A DNA stretch of 63,995 bases, the filler included, from Basidiobolus ranarum (Eukaryota): the NCBI GenBank assembly GCA_040143965.1. It is 3 parts of 3 records of this genome, joined end to end, with 100 filler letters (N's around TTAATTAATTAA, not from the genome) between each part and the next. Parts side by side here need not be neighbours in the genome. Positions count along the whole stretch, not along the records: positions 1 to 23,110 come from JASJQH010007049.1; 2 more parts are not named here. One strand, written 5' to 3'. The position numbers and the translations under genes were made by a program. The notes under the pieces were generated by a model. That model ran no database searches. It saw only the letters and a program-made list of their open reading frames with translations, and had not been told where the DNA came from. Numbering within the stretch: position 1 is the stretch's first letter; every line of letters begins with the position of its first letter. Shown here piece after piece: positions 1 to 13,500 of this stretch.

Positions 1-255
1 ATTTATAGTTTTGCCAAGATGTAAGCAAACTAACATGTAGAATGTGTTAAGGAAGGTCCCAGGAATATGTGTGCAAAGTTTGGGGTTTCTAGCACAAGTT
101 TAAAACATCTATATATCTGAGAACTTCTAAGTTGGTAAAAATATTCCAAGGAAATTCCAATTGAGAATAATGGGTAATATCTTAGTGAAATATAAGATAA
201 CTAATTACTAAGCTATATATGACTATATAGGTGATTAGGCAATGCTAATTTCAAC
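1..255. repeat. Partial copy of a dispersed non-coding repeat (inverted homologue of ~31740-32018), truncated by the window start
   Basis: The reverse complement of 1-20 is atcttggcaaaactataaat, versus atcttgacaaaactataaat at 31999-32018. Collinear matches continue (ccttaacacattct, aaacttgtgctagaa, agaagttctcagat, cccattattctcaattggaa, cctatatagtcatatat, tgaaattagca). Confidence 0.9.
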
Positions 256-1716
256 AGAAGTAATGGTTTTGAGCAATAATCAAGCATTTATTATGACCAA
301 TATGGGCCAAAACTGCATGTTGATGGATATTCAAAGTTACTCAAAACTCTGATTGAACAGTTGATAATATACATATATGGACAGATGTAGAGTCATTAAG
401 GGCCCTGGAACAGGCTTCTTGTCCCCTATTGAAATGATAGCAGATTCACATATATTAAGCTCATAAAACTCGTGTTTTGTGATGCTAACTTCGTGATCGA
501 CTAAGGTACAACCTCACATAATCTTCATACCGCTAGCACCTAGACATATATTAGCTACCATAATACTGCTAATAACATAGATTAATTGTTCAATGTACTT
601 TCTTTGGACATGTTCAGTATACAGTGCATAACCAATGGTTAAAGCGAAGTAAGCGGTGGTGATTGTGGTGTACTAGTTGTATTAGTAAGCGAAATACACA
701 ACGACACTAGATATTTCCTATTGACCACGTGTCTGAGGATTGACAGAAGTGTACTTCAAGATCCTTCTCAATAGTAACCTGCAATCTTGTACATAAATAC
801 TTGCCAAGTCCTAACAAACGCTCTTTGAATGCTGTTTGTGACGAGATAATAGTAACACCTACTCATTATTCGGAAAGCAGATAGCAACAAAAGCGCTAGC
901 TTGTGGCTAAAAGATCTTAAATGGCTGCCGTATGAAAGGATTAGTCTATGCTATGACGAAAAACTGATACAAGATACCTACAATAAAGCTTAACTTTATC
1001 ATTCGTTCCAAACAAGTGTCGTTTCAAATGGCTTTGACAGTCTGAAAATTACAGTTGGAGTCATATTCTTCTTTTCTTCAATGGAAGTAGTATTGATCGA
1101 ACTCGCTTACAGGTGGGATTTTCGTAATTCTATTTGATTTTGTTCACTTGACGATCATAGACTTCTTGGCTCCTAGAAAAAGGTGTTTAATGAGATCTTC
1201 GGACAAGATTAAGATTCAAGCCTAGTATCAGTCATTTTGGTACTTCTTCGGATAAGCCTCAGCTTTGGACTTGGCTCTTTTGTTATTGATTGCCTCTGTG
1301 CTCTTCCTTTTCATAGAGCATCTTATCGTTCAAAATTCAATAAAGCAAATATCTACAGATTCATTATATTACTGGATTAGAAAATCGATGAGAAAAAGAG
1401 GATATACGGATGATTCAATGACATTTAATTACTAATAAGGATAGAAATTTACAAACACTCAATGATTCCACATAGTAGACATAAAGCATCCAAGAAAGGA
1501 TGATCAAAGAATTCATTCATTAACTTTCCTGGATTTATAAACAATCAAAATAACTTTACTACACACCAGGATTGGTTCGAAAAATCTATTTTGACTACTT
1601 CATCAAGTTTGTTGCTAGCTGCTAGTTGTATCAATTGTTTTAGCTCTTATTAATTTAGGAAATACTCTGTGGTTTTCGCTACTTCTAAACTCTTAGCTTA
1701 GTTTTACTACTTTTAA

Positions 1717-3100
1717 ATGTCACAACCAGTCATTTCTGATAATGACCTCGCCTCCTCTCAACTGTTAACTAATTCTCAAAATGGGGTTAGTGAAGAGCTT
1801 CAATCTCTACTTGGTGAAAAACTTGCTACTGTATCAAACAAAGAAGCCTACGATCCCACGCAAGAAAAAAGTGAAAAACGTTGGCTCAGAAAGCAATATA
1901 GAGATCTAATCGTCAACACTGAAGGTATTACTTAGAAAGGAAATTTGGAAGCTATGCTGCACTGATCACTCACCATTAACCACTTTTTCTATAGAAAATA
2001 AGAGAGACCTTCTCAACTCTGACTGTGATGGTCTAATTGATAATATTGCAAAAGCGAATGAGCTCTTTAAGAAGGTTAAAAATCCCTATGAAGCAACACT
2101 TGATGCCAGGCTTCTTGTACTATCTGCCGATATTGGTACTCAAAAGGCTCGTCGTATGAAGATTGATAGTCACTCCTTTGATACTAGTGAATATATTGCC
2201 AAAATGGTTACATTGATGGGTGGTCGACAAGGCATTGAGGACGAGGAAGGGAGATCTATTCTTAATTGGGACACACTTGGTGATATTGCTACAAACTATA
2301 CAGCACGTGCACCTTCAATGGATTTCATGTAAGTCGTAGTCAACTAATATAGTATATAAAGGTGGGAAACTAACTCGAATACTCTTCTTTAGTCTCGGTC
2401 CACTTGCAACCGAGCAGAAAACTCGCCAAATCTCTAAGCAACGCGCACGATTAGAGAAAGATAAAGCATTTCTTACTAAACCACAAGAGGTATGTTACAT
2501 AGCCTAAATGATCAATCTTATTTAACCTCTTGCAACGCTCTAAACAATTTATCTATTTAATTTATTAGCTAAAAGAAGGCGATATAGAAAAGCAGGAGAA
2601 TGAAACGACAAAAAATGTACAGGCTATTGCATCTCTCTTGGAGGAGCATGGACCTATAAACTATTTCGAATTCATCATAAACCCAGAGTCCTTCTCTCAA
2701 ACCGTAGAGAACATATTCTACCTATCCTTTCTTATTCGCGATGGGAAGGCCTATATTGATGATGAAAGTGGACAGCCTATACTCGGTAACAAATCTAGTT
2801 AATCATCCCTTTCTAAACAACGGCACTCTAAACGCTTACAACCTTTGTACAGAGGCATGTATGCCCCCCACTCAAGAAGATTACGCTCAAGGGTTGGTGA
2901 AAAAGCAACTGATTCTAGAATTGGATCTCCCAACGTGGCAGGTACAATATGTCTTTTTACGCAGGCGATAGTTGGCAAATTTACTGATCATCATTAACTC
3001 TATAACCCAGGTAATAATCGATACTTATAATATTCGCCAATCGGTGATTCCAACGAGAAGGAAAAAGACACACAATGTTGCTGGAAAATGGTATGGTTAA
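1717..3100 (+). CDS. NSE4: Smc5/6 complex kleisin subunit Nse4 (EID3/Nse4 family), 6 exons
   Basis: Exons 1717-1924, 1995-2328, 2393-2489, 2569-2785, 2853-2941 and 3011-3100, joined at GT-AG introns. Spliced protein has EATLDARLL, FILGPL, ENETTKNV and the Nse4_C signature INYFEFIINPESFSQTVENIFYLSFLIRDG. Confidence 0.92.
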
Positions 3101-3425
3101 ACAACATCACACAATCCGCCTATCTGTTTAATTTCAGCAAAAATTGTACAATAAGTAATCTGCAATTGGCGCTACTTCTCGAAATATCTTGTATTATACT
3201 TTTATTGAATGTTTGCTGCAAATGCAGCTTTATGATGTCTAAATTGCTGTGAATTCAGATTTGAATGAAATACCTTAACAAATATTGTAGTCGAGTTGAT
3301 CGGCCTAGAGGTGTATTGAATAAACTAGAGACTGAATAAACTAATACTATTCAAGAAACAGTCAACCATAATGTTGAACATATAAATGCCAAGTGTTTTC
3401 TATTTTGAAATAGAGCTTAGTAGGT

Positions 3426-5150
3426 TCATACCATTACGGCGGTTAGGAATTCGGATATCGGCTTTACGGACCAACGTTTTACCGTGGTCGATCCTGTAAA
3501 CCATCCGATATGGCCACCAGTTTCAGTAGTTGCCAAAATCACGTTAGGGTTATTTCTGTGAAGTTTGATGTAAGTTTGATGTACGGAATGGCGTGATAAA
3601 CTAGAAAAAACGTCAGTACCTGCATGCTTCATAAGGAATACACTCGGAGTAAGCTACTGGGTCATCAATCGCATTGAGGCAGAGTAGAGGAATTCGGACA
3701 TCTGGAATGAAGCGTGCACAGCTGGCATCGCGATAATAGTCATCAACTGTGTCATACTTGAAAACAACGCGCGTAACTCGATCATCAAATTCCGAAATCC
3801 TCTTGCTTCTTAGAATATGCGGTATATCAAGTAGTCCGGTGTTTTCGAAGTGATGCATATGGCTGCCAGGTGCAATCGTTAGCAGGTGAAAGATCTATGA
3901 TTTTGGGATACAAGGCTACCTTTTGAATACACCAAGGAGGTTGTCAGTTAAGCTTTTGGAGTAGAGATTTCGGTTGATAAAGGTCTCATCCATCCACTTG
4001 TTTGCCCTAATTGCAAGCTAGGTTAGAGTGGGGGGGGAATAAAAAAATAATGCAGAATGATTGATTTACTGACAAATAAAGATCAAAAGGATTCGAGACA
4101 GAGACAGCTCCTACGAATGGGCAGTTGTCTTTTTCCTCACCGATATACTATTAGTAAAAACTAGGGTTACAAACAGTTGAGTGTATATCAAGCTTAGGAA
4201 AGAATACAAACTTTCACTAGAACGTTGGAGCCCAAGGAAAACCCTAAGCCGGCCAACCTGGCTTTAGGTATACGGCTCTGAATGAATTTTAATGCAGTTC
4301 TTAGATCATCAGTATAAGCACCAGAGTAGAGCTGGGTGGAGGTAAGTTGAGTATTTGCACCTATTATGTTTCATGAATAGTAAGCATAGTTTCTGCTGAA
4401 CAGAATAAATCGAATCAAGGCTTACATCCACGAAAGTTTACAACAACAGCACGAAATTGGTGTGGTCCTTGCGTCATAGATTCAACCACCTGTCGGACAT
4501 AAGATTCATGGCTTCCTAGAAGGAACATCAGTATAATTTTGTGGGGTGTTTCATATGGTTCAATATGAACATACCTCCTGTCAAACCATGAAGGATGACT
4601 ACGGTTGGAGTGTCATCGTAAGGCTTGATTTCGGCTGAAGGACACCAGTCCACCGAGATGGTTCCACCGTCTGGAGTCGAAACCAATGTTCTAGTACGAA
4701 ATTATGAGGTTTTGTTTGATCAAAATATGTTTCACAAATATACTACCGTTCGTATTCCACTTGAGCGGTATCTTCAAAGTTAGCTATCGCAGCATAAAGA
4801 GTTTGGAGGTGTCCACTTAATAACCAAGGAGTAGATTCATATTTCGCTTGTTCGGGGTCGAACAAAGAAGGGCATTTATTCCTGATACGCTTCAATAAGG
4901 TTTCCCTTTTTATCGCTCCATCTTCACCTTGATTGGATTCGTCAATGTGAAGCTTTACAGGAGAGACTAGATTCTTTCGGAAGTACCATAAAAAACTTGG
5001 GAAGATAACAGCCGCAGCTGCTAGATATTGTAAGTCTCCTGGATTTACGATTTTACTAACACTGGTAATTCTTCAGTCAAAGGAGTTATAGTAGAGTTTA
5101 CATGGCAAAAATATTTAAAATACAAACCTATTAATCAAAGACCATTCCAT
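3426..5150 (-). CDS. Alpha/beta hydrolase of the EHT1/EEB1/ABHD1-3 family (acyltransferase/esterase), multi-exon
   Basis: Spliced minus-strand reading gives TPWLLSGHLQT, PDGGTISVDW, ILHGLTGGSHESYV, NFRGC, the GFSLG nucleophile elbow, NAIDDPV (Asp) and GGHIGWF (His). Probable ATG at 5150 followed by a short first exon. Confidence 0.9.
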
Positions 5151-6159
5151 TTTTGAAAGTTTAAACAAGTGTACGCTACTGAACGAAATTAGCAAAGCAA
5201 AGAACAAATACTTTGGATGGGATATTTAGAGCTGCACCTGGTGCACATATTTAGTAATTGCTTAAAATGAAGTCACTGGTATCGATATTTCAGATGTAGA
5301 AACAGCAAAAAAAAAGAAATGACATTCGTCGGAACATCGGAAGCCATTCCGACAGGCAAAATTAAAGATTCAATGATTGATATGGTCGATAAAATTGTGC
5401 TGTTCAACGCAGACTCATTGATTAAAAACTATGTGGGGAATTTCCCACATGTATTTATTTGAGGCTTTTAGTTCATATTATTCTATGGATAACACCTCAA
5501 ATGATTACCAAAGGAATCCCACTTGCCAATGAGAATGGCAAAGCGAGAGTACTGCTCTAATAATATATGCTCTGTGGTTCAGAACCATAGAGTATCTACT
5601 AAGCTTGTGAACTTCAAACGGTTAAATAGCTGACTAAGCCCGTCTTAGTTTCTCAAAACAAGTATTTGGATCGTGGCGACTAAATCCAATTTATCCAATG
5701 GCTTGGCATGTCTTCGACAGGTTACTTGTCTGGGGGAATGATAACATAGAAACAAGACATATATGAATGCTGCATCATTTATTCACCACTTACCACGAGC
5801 ATTGTATCTGAGAGAGAGATCAAGGAACTGAGGGACATTGGGTGAGCTACAGCTTCAAGAGAGTAACAAATATCGTATATTGTATCAGTTAAAGGGAAGG
5901 TCATCACTACTCATAATTGTTGTATTTAGTTAATTGCATTTGTATTCAAATTTGCTTTAACTAGAATTTTTGTATAGGGAAATCCATGTCAAATATACAT
6001 TTATAATTAACCGATAATAATAATTCAAGCCAATAATAGGCAATACATGATTTATTACTAACCACAGCACCTACGTTTCAGTTCTTTTTCATAGTCAGAG
6101 CAAGTTGAATAAACCGCGTACACACTGGCACTCTGTTAACAAATTGACAAACGATAAAG

Positions 6160-7013
6160 ATGATACCTCAAAATCTAAACCTAAAAACAAACCGTATCTC
6201 TCTGTCCGTATCGAACGATCTTCGTTTTGGTCGTAAGACCAACAACCTTGAACGTAATCTTTCTAGACCTAAAAATGCTGAGGTTATTTCGCTTTGTATT
6301 TTTATTTTCGCCCCAATTTGGCTTTCATCTTTGAAATAACTTACATATAATTTGACCGCTATAACCTACAGGTTAGTCTTAGTGCTTTCTCTTTTCTTTT
6401 TTCGGAGGTGCTACAATACTCTCAGAACAGAGTTCATGGAATTCAGGACCTAGAGAAGCTGTAAGTGGATCACTTTCTGTTCATATATCATCCTGACTAA
6501 ATTTATTTAAAGTTTGAACGAGTTTGGCTATCGTGTTGGTATTCGTACTCTGGAACTTCTTATGTGGCGTGAGAAGAATGTACGCCGAGAGACTAGAGTT
6601 TTGGGGATCTTATATTTCATTAATACTGTCGTTTGGAAGACATTATTTGGTAAACAAGCTGATTCGTTAGAGAAGAGTACGGAAAACGAAGATGAGTGTA
6701 TGTAACATTAAGCTTGCAGTTTAACTATCGTAGCTTTATGGATTCGGTATACTGATATTCTTTTTGCTTACAAATAGATATGATATCCGACAATGAGCCT
6801 CTAGTGAATAAGTTTATTTCGGTTCCTAAAGAGCTTTCTCAATTAAACTGTGGCGCATTCATTGCTGGCATTGTTGAAGCCATCTTGGATGGATGTCAGT
6901 TCCCTTCCCGAGTTACCGCTCACTCAGTTCCTTTGGACGGACAGCCTCTTCGAACAACTATTCTTATCAAATTTGACAAAAATGTTCTACTAAGAGAGGA
7001 TCAAATGAAATGA
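6160..7013 (+). CDS. TRS31: TRAPP complex subunit Trs31/TRAPPC5, 4 exons
   Basis: Exons 6160-6282, 6372-6460, 6513-6697 and 6778-7013. Motifs [61 protein letters not shown]. Confidence 0.95.
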
Positions 7014-7263
7014 AGATGCTCTTGTACTCCACTCTCTCGTCACTTCTCGAAATATACATCAATAATCCCCAACGTAATTCTTAACTGCGTATACTTCTAT
7101 ATTCTTCACTTTGCCCTAACAATGATTCAGGGACAAGATGGGATTTTATGTAACATAGTTTCAGGAGCATTATTAAATATATTATTATATCCACAAACTA
7201 TGCACCTCAACAGTGACAATGGAAGACACAAATTTAGGTTAGATATGGATATACATAAGCGAT

Positions 7264-10200
7264 TCACAGGTTTCTATTGAAGTTAGGCAATGCCACACCA
7301 GCTTTCATCTCGGCATCTTTTTGTTTTGCCAAATCTATTTGAGTATGCAAATATTGCAAAGCGCGGTCTAATGCCAGATGATGAGTTAGGTCCCTATTGT
7401 TTGTGGAGCACATTAGTAAATGAGCATGATCAATGGGAGTGAAGAGTTTACCTTCTAGGGCTGACGAATATAGTGTGTCGGTCATCCATTTGTAAATCCA
7501 TGATGTTCGCGTGATGGGCCCCAGGACTGAATCCTACTCGAAGCGAGTATTCCTTGCTTCCATCCGATTCACGGTTGCACTCGTAAAGTTCGAAGGTGAT
7601 TTGGGTCAGATCTAAGGAAACATTAGACCATCATCAATGGAATCTAGCGAATGAAACGACTTACAGTCAAGTTCCTCCAAATCTGCCCTAGTTAATTTTG
7701 TAGGAAGCCCGCTTCCAAATACAACATTCAGCATGGTATGCAATTGGGATTCTGAGGTTTCAGCAGTAAGTAAATACGAAATTAACGAAGTGGAATGATC
7801 AATAGGTCACCTTTGGTAAAGTAAAATCTAGCACTAGGATCGGTTCCGTTACGAATGTCTTCTAGATCACCAACGATCTGGTTTAGCAACGGGATCGAGG
7901 TAAGACTGCCAATCTCCATCTTCTCATCAGCAGTAATGCCAAATTCTTGCGGTGCTACAATGTCGAAAAGAATTTTGGCACGATAATACAACTCGCAAAT
8001 CTGCTCGATCTGCCCGTGTTCCTCTGGTTTGACGAAAATTACCTCCAGAAATTCACGGTTGTGTAGAGCGTCATATTTGAGAGAATCATACAGCTCTGGC
8101 ACCTTGCTCGGGTTAAAATTCTCGTATCCTGGGTCGCAGATATCTTGGAAGATTTTTTCCCAACGTTCTTTAAATAACCCCGGTGTCTCTGAACAGCACC
8201 AAGTTTTCTGGATATGCTCTACCTCCATATTGGCAAAATTATCATGCATCGTAGATCTAAAAGCAGATAGTAGATCGACTGTCTCTTTAAGAAACTCCGA
8301 GATATTCTCGATCTCTTTCGGAATCGTGACTAGCTCAGGAATTTCTTCCTTGGTAGTGGTCTTCATGATCGATACAATTTGTCTTTTTGCTTGTTCTATA
8401 GGCTCCTTAGCAGCATCGCTATCATCTAACATATCGCCTCGGATTTGGATTAAGCCCTTTTCCAATTGAGGAGTATCTAGGAATGTTCTACCAAACACTT
8501 CAGCTAGAAGAGGAAAATGTTAAGAGACAATGGACAAGATGCTTAATTCTGACAATCTATAGACAAGACTAACCAGTGGCCACCACTCGTCTCTCGGAAC
8601 TTGAATAAATGCGAACATCATCAAAAAGCTTTTTGTTAAGGACGGCAAGATCATTCCGCATGTTCTCAGCGACTTCTTTCGTATGGTGTAGTCCAGCATG
8701 AGTGAACTACATAATAAATTTGTTAAGGATATTCATTTGATATTGCTCATATACATCCACATTGAAGACTTACTTCTCCACCCCACTTAACAATCAATAT
8801 AAGCGTTTCAAAATGCCCAGTCTTCTTATTAAATGACGGCTTGAGCTGTACTTTGGTTCCGACGAGGTCGTATTTATTCTCCAAAATAAGCTTCAATTGC
8901 TCCAGCTTAGTAGTATCATCAATACCAAGCGCTAAGGCTTCATTGGACGCGTCAATGACGCTAAGTAGCTCCTCGTCCTTCTTTAGTATGATCTTTCTAG
9001 TAGAGCCTTTCAGTAAGCTGATAAATGGTTGACTGGTGAAAGTGAATTTGACTTTCTGCTTTGGTGTTCTATCTCCATGTCTGAATACAGAAAGGAAGCC
9101 TTTAAGAGTCCAAGCGTTCTCATTGTTTGGCCCTCTACTAAGAAAATGAGAGAACCACCTTTTTTTGGCCGCATTCAGAAACATACGACGTAAGATTTGT
9201 ACGCACATATCGTAATAATTATCGTTTCCTTTCACAAACGACCATCCATTCACATCAATAACATAAGACTTCCCATCTGTACGAAGTAAATCTATACCAC
9301 AAATGTTTTGACCAAATGCGATACACACTTTTTTGACCATTTCCTTTTCTTCAGGTGAAAGGTTAGTGATATAGCGTACTTCTTTACCATCAGCATTACG
9401 TCTAACGATACCGTCGACCACTGGCGATCTGTGGGGAGAGTTAGGATGGTTAAAAACGTCATATGTAATGATATTAAATCATTCGTACTTTCTTGTTTCC
9501 GCGTGGGCATAGCTTGGCCCAATAGTGTAGACTTTAACATCCTCTGAATTGAGTACGTCTACAAATTCCTAGGATCATGGATATTACAATATGCTTCCCT
9601 AAATTATGAAGTAAAGAAAAGTCTCGTTACCTCATAAATGTAAGACCCATCCGTTCTAATGCCATGCATTTCAGGGCGATATTCGCTGGATTTGTTACCA
9701 ATCTAATAATGTAATGTAGGCGGATTGAGATGCAACCGACATATGTGATAAGAAAATGAAGATAATACCTTTCGAAATAGACGTCTGACACCACCACCTT
9801 GTTCTTTGGAATAGTAAATGTAGATATTATGATCTTCGCCATTAGCAGGCTTCTCAACAAAAGGCTTGAGCATGGTTTCTCCCATGATGTCAATTATATC
9901 ACTATTGGAAGTATCTACTTCAGTGTCAGGTATGTTCTCGTTCAGTTGCAGTCCGATATGTCGATAGACTCTGTCGGCAACATCGGCAGGTACTTGTGGT
10001 CCACCATCTCGATGAATAACCAATCTTCTTGGGGTAGGCACCTTGATAGCGTCAAGAATAGACAACACTAAGCGCCTATCAAAGAGTACGTGCTGCATGG
10101 GAAGATCATTAACACAAAAAGGTTTTCTTAATTTCACATACTCCACCGCTGTGTCCAGTGGAAACCCAGTGGAAAAGAAAGAAATAAGGAAGTCGCAGTA

Positions 10201-10564
10201 GGGCCAGTTTTCCACATCTTGGGGTCAAATAAACGAAGAATAGATTAACTATAAAGTAGAGAGTAAAACTAGAGCACGGTGGAGGGAGGTTTATCTCTAC
10301 GCCTTTTAACATACCTTCATCTAGAATCACTTTATCCCCGAATATGACAGTTTCAAATTCCTCATACGCCAAAAGTCGATTAAGAATATTCCGCATGGGT
10401 TTCGACCGTGTTTTGGTGTCTAAAGCACATACTCCAATAACCACTTGAAATAAAACCAATTCAGTGCTTAAGAAAAGGAAAACAATTAAAGCACAAAACC
10501 TACACTTCCTACTAGGAGCAGAGAACTGAAAGAAATGTGGAGAGGAGCTGAATAAACTCGACAT
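7264..10564 (-). CDS. VIP1: Bifunctional inositol pyrophosphate kinase/phosphatase (PPIP5K, Vip1/Asp1), about 10 exons
   Basis: ATP-grasp kinase motifs [43 protein letters not shown] and [10 protein letters not shown]. Histidine-phosphatase motifs [33 protein letters not shown] and FSPGAH. Exon 1 (10564-10504) is followed by a 60-nt intron. Confidence 0.95.
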
Positions 10565-13500
10565 ATGTTAAGAGAACGTGTGGTATATAGCTACTGGTTG
10601 GTACAAGAAAGGAAAAGTAGTCCGTACAGGGAGGCTTTTTATTAATATAGCAAGGGAAGTACAATTGAAAATCGAGGCGATACCATATCCAACTTAAATG
10701 GTCCAACTTGACCAAAATTAACACTTGAAAAATACCTATAATCAAAAAGACCCTATTGGAGAAAGTTAGATTACTTAAGCTGACAGTCAACTGCAGCGTT
10801 GACAGATCACTTTATTCCAGATATTGTTAGATTTGGTAGGATTTACAGACATTTGATATCGCCACATTGATCAGATTGATGATCAGCGCCTTTTCCAACA
10901 TGAAATCGCCAATGAATCTTGTCATATACGGGGCTCGGTTGGGGAATTCTGGATCCCTGCTATGTATTGGTTCTAATAATGAACAATTCACTCGCTTATG
11001 CGGTTGAAGTGCCCACACCACTGCTCCCATTGGCTGGTTCTGTTGTGTGTTATAGCTGGTGCGTTCTACTTGATATCGTTACGGTGCACTAGGTGGAATG
11101 TGGTCTTGGTGACTGCCAGTCCCTTATCATCCATTAACTCCACCTTGACAATGGTTGTGTACATGAGGGGGACGCCGCGGCATTATTGGTGCTTCGGTTA
11201 AGGTTAGAGTGCGTAGTGTGGAATTGTGCCTTGATTGGCCCAAAAATCCAATAGAATCTTCCTCTGGAAAGAGATGGACATGCACATGTACTTGAATCTT
11301 GATAATTGATCAATTTTGACTTCCTCCCTCGTTGTTCTTATTTTTAGGGTTGTACATACACGAGGCTGCGATATGAATTCGGATATTTACTATGAATAAG
11401 CTTCGCTCGCTGTAATTCCTCTACCCCCATTTGAGCATGCTGCTAGAATCTGATTGGATCATTCCGAAAGTGAGTTAATATAGAATGTAAATGGCATGTA
11501 GTCATGATGTAGCTTAATGCCTGGAGATCGGTCCTAAACTAGCTTATCTCACAGGTTAGCCAGTATCTGGTTGTAGACGCCTAATACTGTCTAATACAAA
11601 TTGACGAACAAGAGTTGGCCAAGGGAGAGAACATACTATTCAAACAAGAAATGCCAGTCAGGGCTTCTCATCAACAAGAACCTGCTGAAAATGTGGCAAT
11701 CTGTGGTGCCATGGAAGCCCCTTCAACTCGGGACATATCCAGAGGAGAATGTGACAAACCAAGATAGATTTTGATTGGTGGATTTTACCTTACGACAATT
11801 AGGCTTGGCATTTGGGGTTGGCCCTATGGGCTCTAAATGATGGCATGTCCAATAGTTAATATCTATATGCATGAACATCGGGGGAATTTAGGCCATTGTT
11901 ATGATGTCCACTCGAGGAGGCGAGTATCGTGAAGATAGCAGACTGTCAGTATTCTGAAAGAGTTCGAGGAAATTCGACCTGACTATTTCACTACATGTTG
12001 AGGTGAACCAAACGAATTTCTTTCACTCCATGTTTCAATTATCTGCAATATTGCTGATGCAAATAAAAGAAATACTGCCTTGGATATTGATATTTAATAG
12101 CATAGTTGGGGCCCACACTACAGTTTATTCATGTAAAGTTGCTTAGTGGCATCACTGCCTTTATAAACGCGTTTATACTTGGCGGGATAGTGACACGAAG
12201 TTCAAAATTAAGTTATTATTTGTTAGGTAGGTAGGTACAAACTTGAAAAATAGCTATATTTAGTTATAAATACCAATATTTTGAAAAGTAAATAGTCTGA
12301 CATAAAAACATGAATAGTTCCACAACTTTTAATCTACAGTAGTTGGAATTCCTTTAGTGGCATTAAAAGAGTCTGGAATTATATAACATTCAGAATAATC
12401 AAATGTGCGCAAATTTTCCAAGTTGTTATTCAATGTAGCATCGTGATTACTAGAGCAATCGCATTTTGACATTATTATAAGTTAAAACTAGTAGAAGCAC
12501 CAATTTTGGAATGGGCTATGGTGAAGATGGCAATATTCATCACAATCTACCTGTCATTTAGAAAAATGATGCCTTTTCGGCCTTCTTAAAGTTGTCAATC
12601 TTCTGATAAAGGTGAGCAGGATATTTGTTACTCATGGTAGAACCATCTTCACCTAAGCATTGCTTAATATTGCAGGATATCTTGGTAACTAAGGTGGCAT
12701 TTATTTATTGAAGGCTAAGCTCTCTCAAAAATTTGGGATAGTAGCTGGAAAATGTGTCATTGGAAAGATTGTTATATTTCAGAGGAATTTATACTACAAA
12801 ATAAATAATGCGAGTTCCGCATACAGCACAGTTAATGTTTACGGTTCGAGTGGGAGGGATACAAGCGAAGATTTTTATCAGTAGCTATTTTCCTTCCCAT
12901 GCTGTAGAAGGCAAACCCGATGGCGCCACTCAAGACAAAAATCAAAGGAGCAACTTCAACTGGAACTTTCTTCAAGGCGCTTCCAAGAGTCATATTGCAG
13001 ATAGGTTATTAGCTAGGTATGAATTTGAAGTAATTCTTCTGGTAACATATCACTTTTATACAAAACAGCTGTAACTCCAGAGCGGTCGCTGCATCTTAAA
13101 CTAATAGATAATAGCTCATACAGGCTATTGACTCTCATTTGAAAAAGCTTTTACTACTAGTTTACTATGGGTTCATTGCTTGTCTCAGGTTCAATATTTC
13201 AGAGTTTTGCTATTAATGGGATAATACTCGAATCCATTTAAACGTAGAATAAACTAACCTGGAGCGCTCGAGATAATGCCAGGCCAGAGCCTTACCGAGG
13301 CTCTTGAACCAGTCACCTTAGTTTCTTAATTGATGGTTGGTAGCAAGTTTAATCTACTTTTAGAAGGTTGGTAACAAACCTTGTACCGCAACTACAATTA
13401 AGGTTGCATAATATAGACTCAAGTATTTTTGTCGTGTTCCCTTATAGGACATATTCTGGAGGTTTAGCATACCACCTTGGCCTTCGTATACTAACGATTG

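Noticed and set aside
8029..10071. Plus-strand ORFs opposite VIP1 (also 58796-59317 and 56840-57208 opposite the 5-phosphatase)
   Set aside because: Antisense shadows of real coding exons with no recognisable motifs.
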